Source: Eimeria praecox
Lineage: Eukaryota
Direction: 5' to 3'
Length of the DNA stretch: 64,000 bases
Assembly: GCA_963920595.1 (NCBI GenBank)
Contig: OY986948.1
Span: forward strand, 3,968,001 to 4,032,000
The translations under genes and the position numbers were made by a program. Shown piece by piece: positions 63,701 through 64,000 of this stretch. How positions within the stretch are numbered: position 1 is the stretch's first letter; every line of letters begins with the position of its first letter. The notes below the pieces were generated by a model that was not told the origin of the DNA, made no database searches, and saw only the letters and a list, made by a program, of their open reading frames with translations.

Positions 63701-64000
63701 TCCAAGAAAGCTGCACGCCGCACAAACACGAGTCCGAATGCCATACTGCCAACCCGTAAACCCTGAACCTTAAACCCGAAACAGAAGACACCAAATAGCT
63801 GCCCGCCGGCCCTTACGGGCGAAGGCAGCCACCGACGCTATCTTCAAGGCCCAAACACCACACTTAACATAGTTGATGCCTAAACCCTAAACCCTTACGT
63901 CCGATTTACCGCCAGAAGCTTGATGTAAGGGTTGCGGACAAGGAGGCGCTCAACAAGCAAATGTATAAAGGCCGGAGTGATGGGCCCCTTTGCTGCTGCT
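57727..64000 (-). CDS. VAC14: VAC14 homolog (PIKfyve/Fab1-Fig4 scaffold), multi-exon, 5' part beyond the window
   Basis: Exons in the expected order: RSLCLQWMELML, LLAIFRSKPCLL, ICLLLIQLS..EVYIHMAKQI, LQFLHQIVQALSIDLLSA..IRQELR, FEALLPTWAHNSVWLIAVALYGGKYEVAAELV, QLEQLVLLLESKPFALLRMQLL..HLITAIR, MLLPQGPAFSLLYRRLQ. These match the Vac14 Fig4-binding domain (WCHNPV..., LVQLLESPIFxxLRLQLL, LLMLLPQSxAFxxLxxRL). Confidence 0.85.
63752..63896. repeat. Degenerate telomere-like AAACCCT heptamers in an intron (also at ~53447-53463, ~60182-60206, ~62533-62552)
   Basis: e.g. ccctaaaccctaaacc and taaaccctaaaccctt. Interstitial AAACCCT repeats are a known feature of Eimeria repeat-rich segments. Confidence 0.7.

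Noticed and set aside
61194..63794. Plus-strand polyA/polyC/polyQ ORFs
   Set aside because: Antisense or alternative-frame readings of CAG repeats within VAC14.

Overview
Eukaryotic, intron-rich DNA from a coccidian apicomplexan (Eimeria/Cyclospora-like). The assignment rests on a GAP45 gene, a SAG-type GPI antigen, CAG-derived polyA/polyQ tracts, and TGCATGCA and AAACCCT motifs. Gene models were assembled by eye from GT..AG junctions with consistent phase; all family assignments come from remembered motifs, not database searches. In order: the 3' end of a SAG gene; a RING-H2 protein with three CDC48/p97 Nc-like repeats; an orphan type I membrane protein; a ~9.4-kb direct tandem duplication; GAP45; EMG1/NEP1; a stop-disrupted multi-exon gene; an RSP3-like gene; TRM13; and the 3' part of VAC14. 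Each duplicated unit carries a secreted signal-TM-RRL protein and a divergent CRAL-TRIO gene, which is disabled in the first copy and intact in the second. The most striking signal is mosaic divergence inside the duplication. About 8.2 kb, including the leader up to the RRL motif, is near-identical. The region encoding the post-RRL payload (a twice-repeated unknown module) and its 3' flank is strongly diverged, giving a constant-leader/variable-payload pair.
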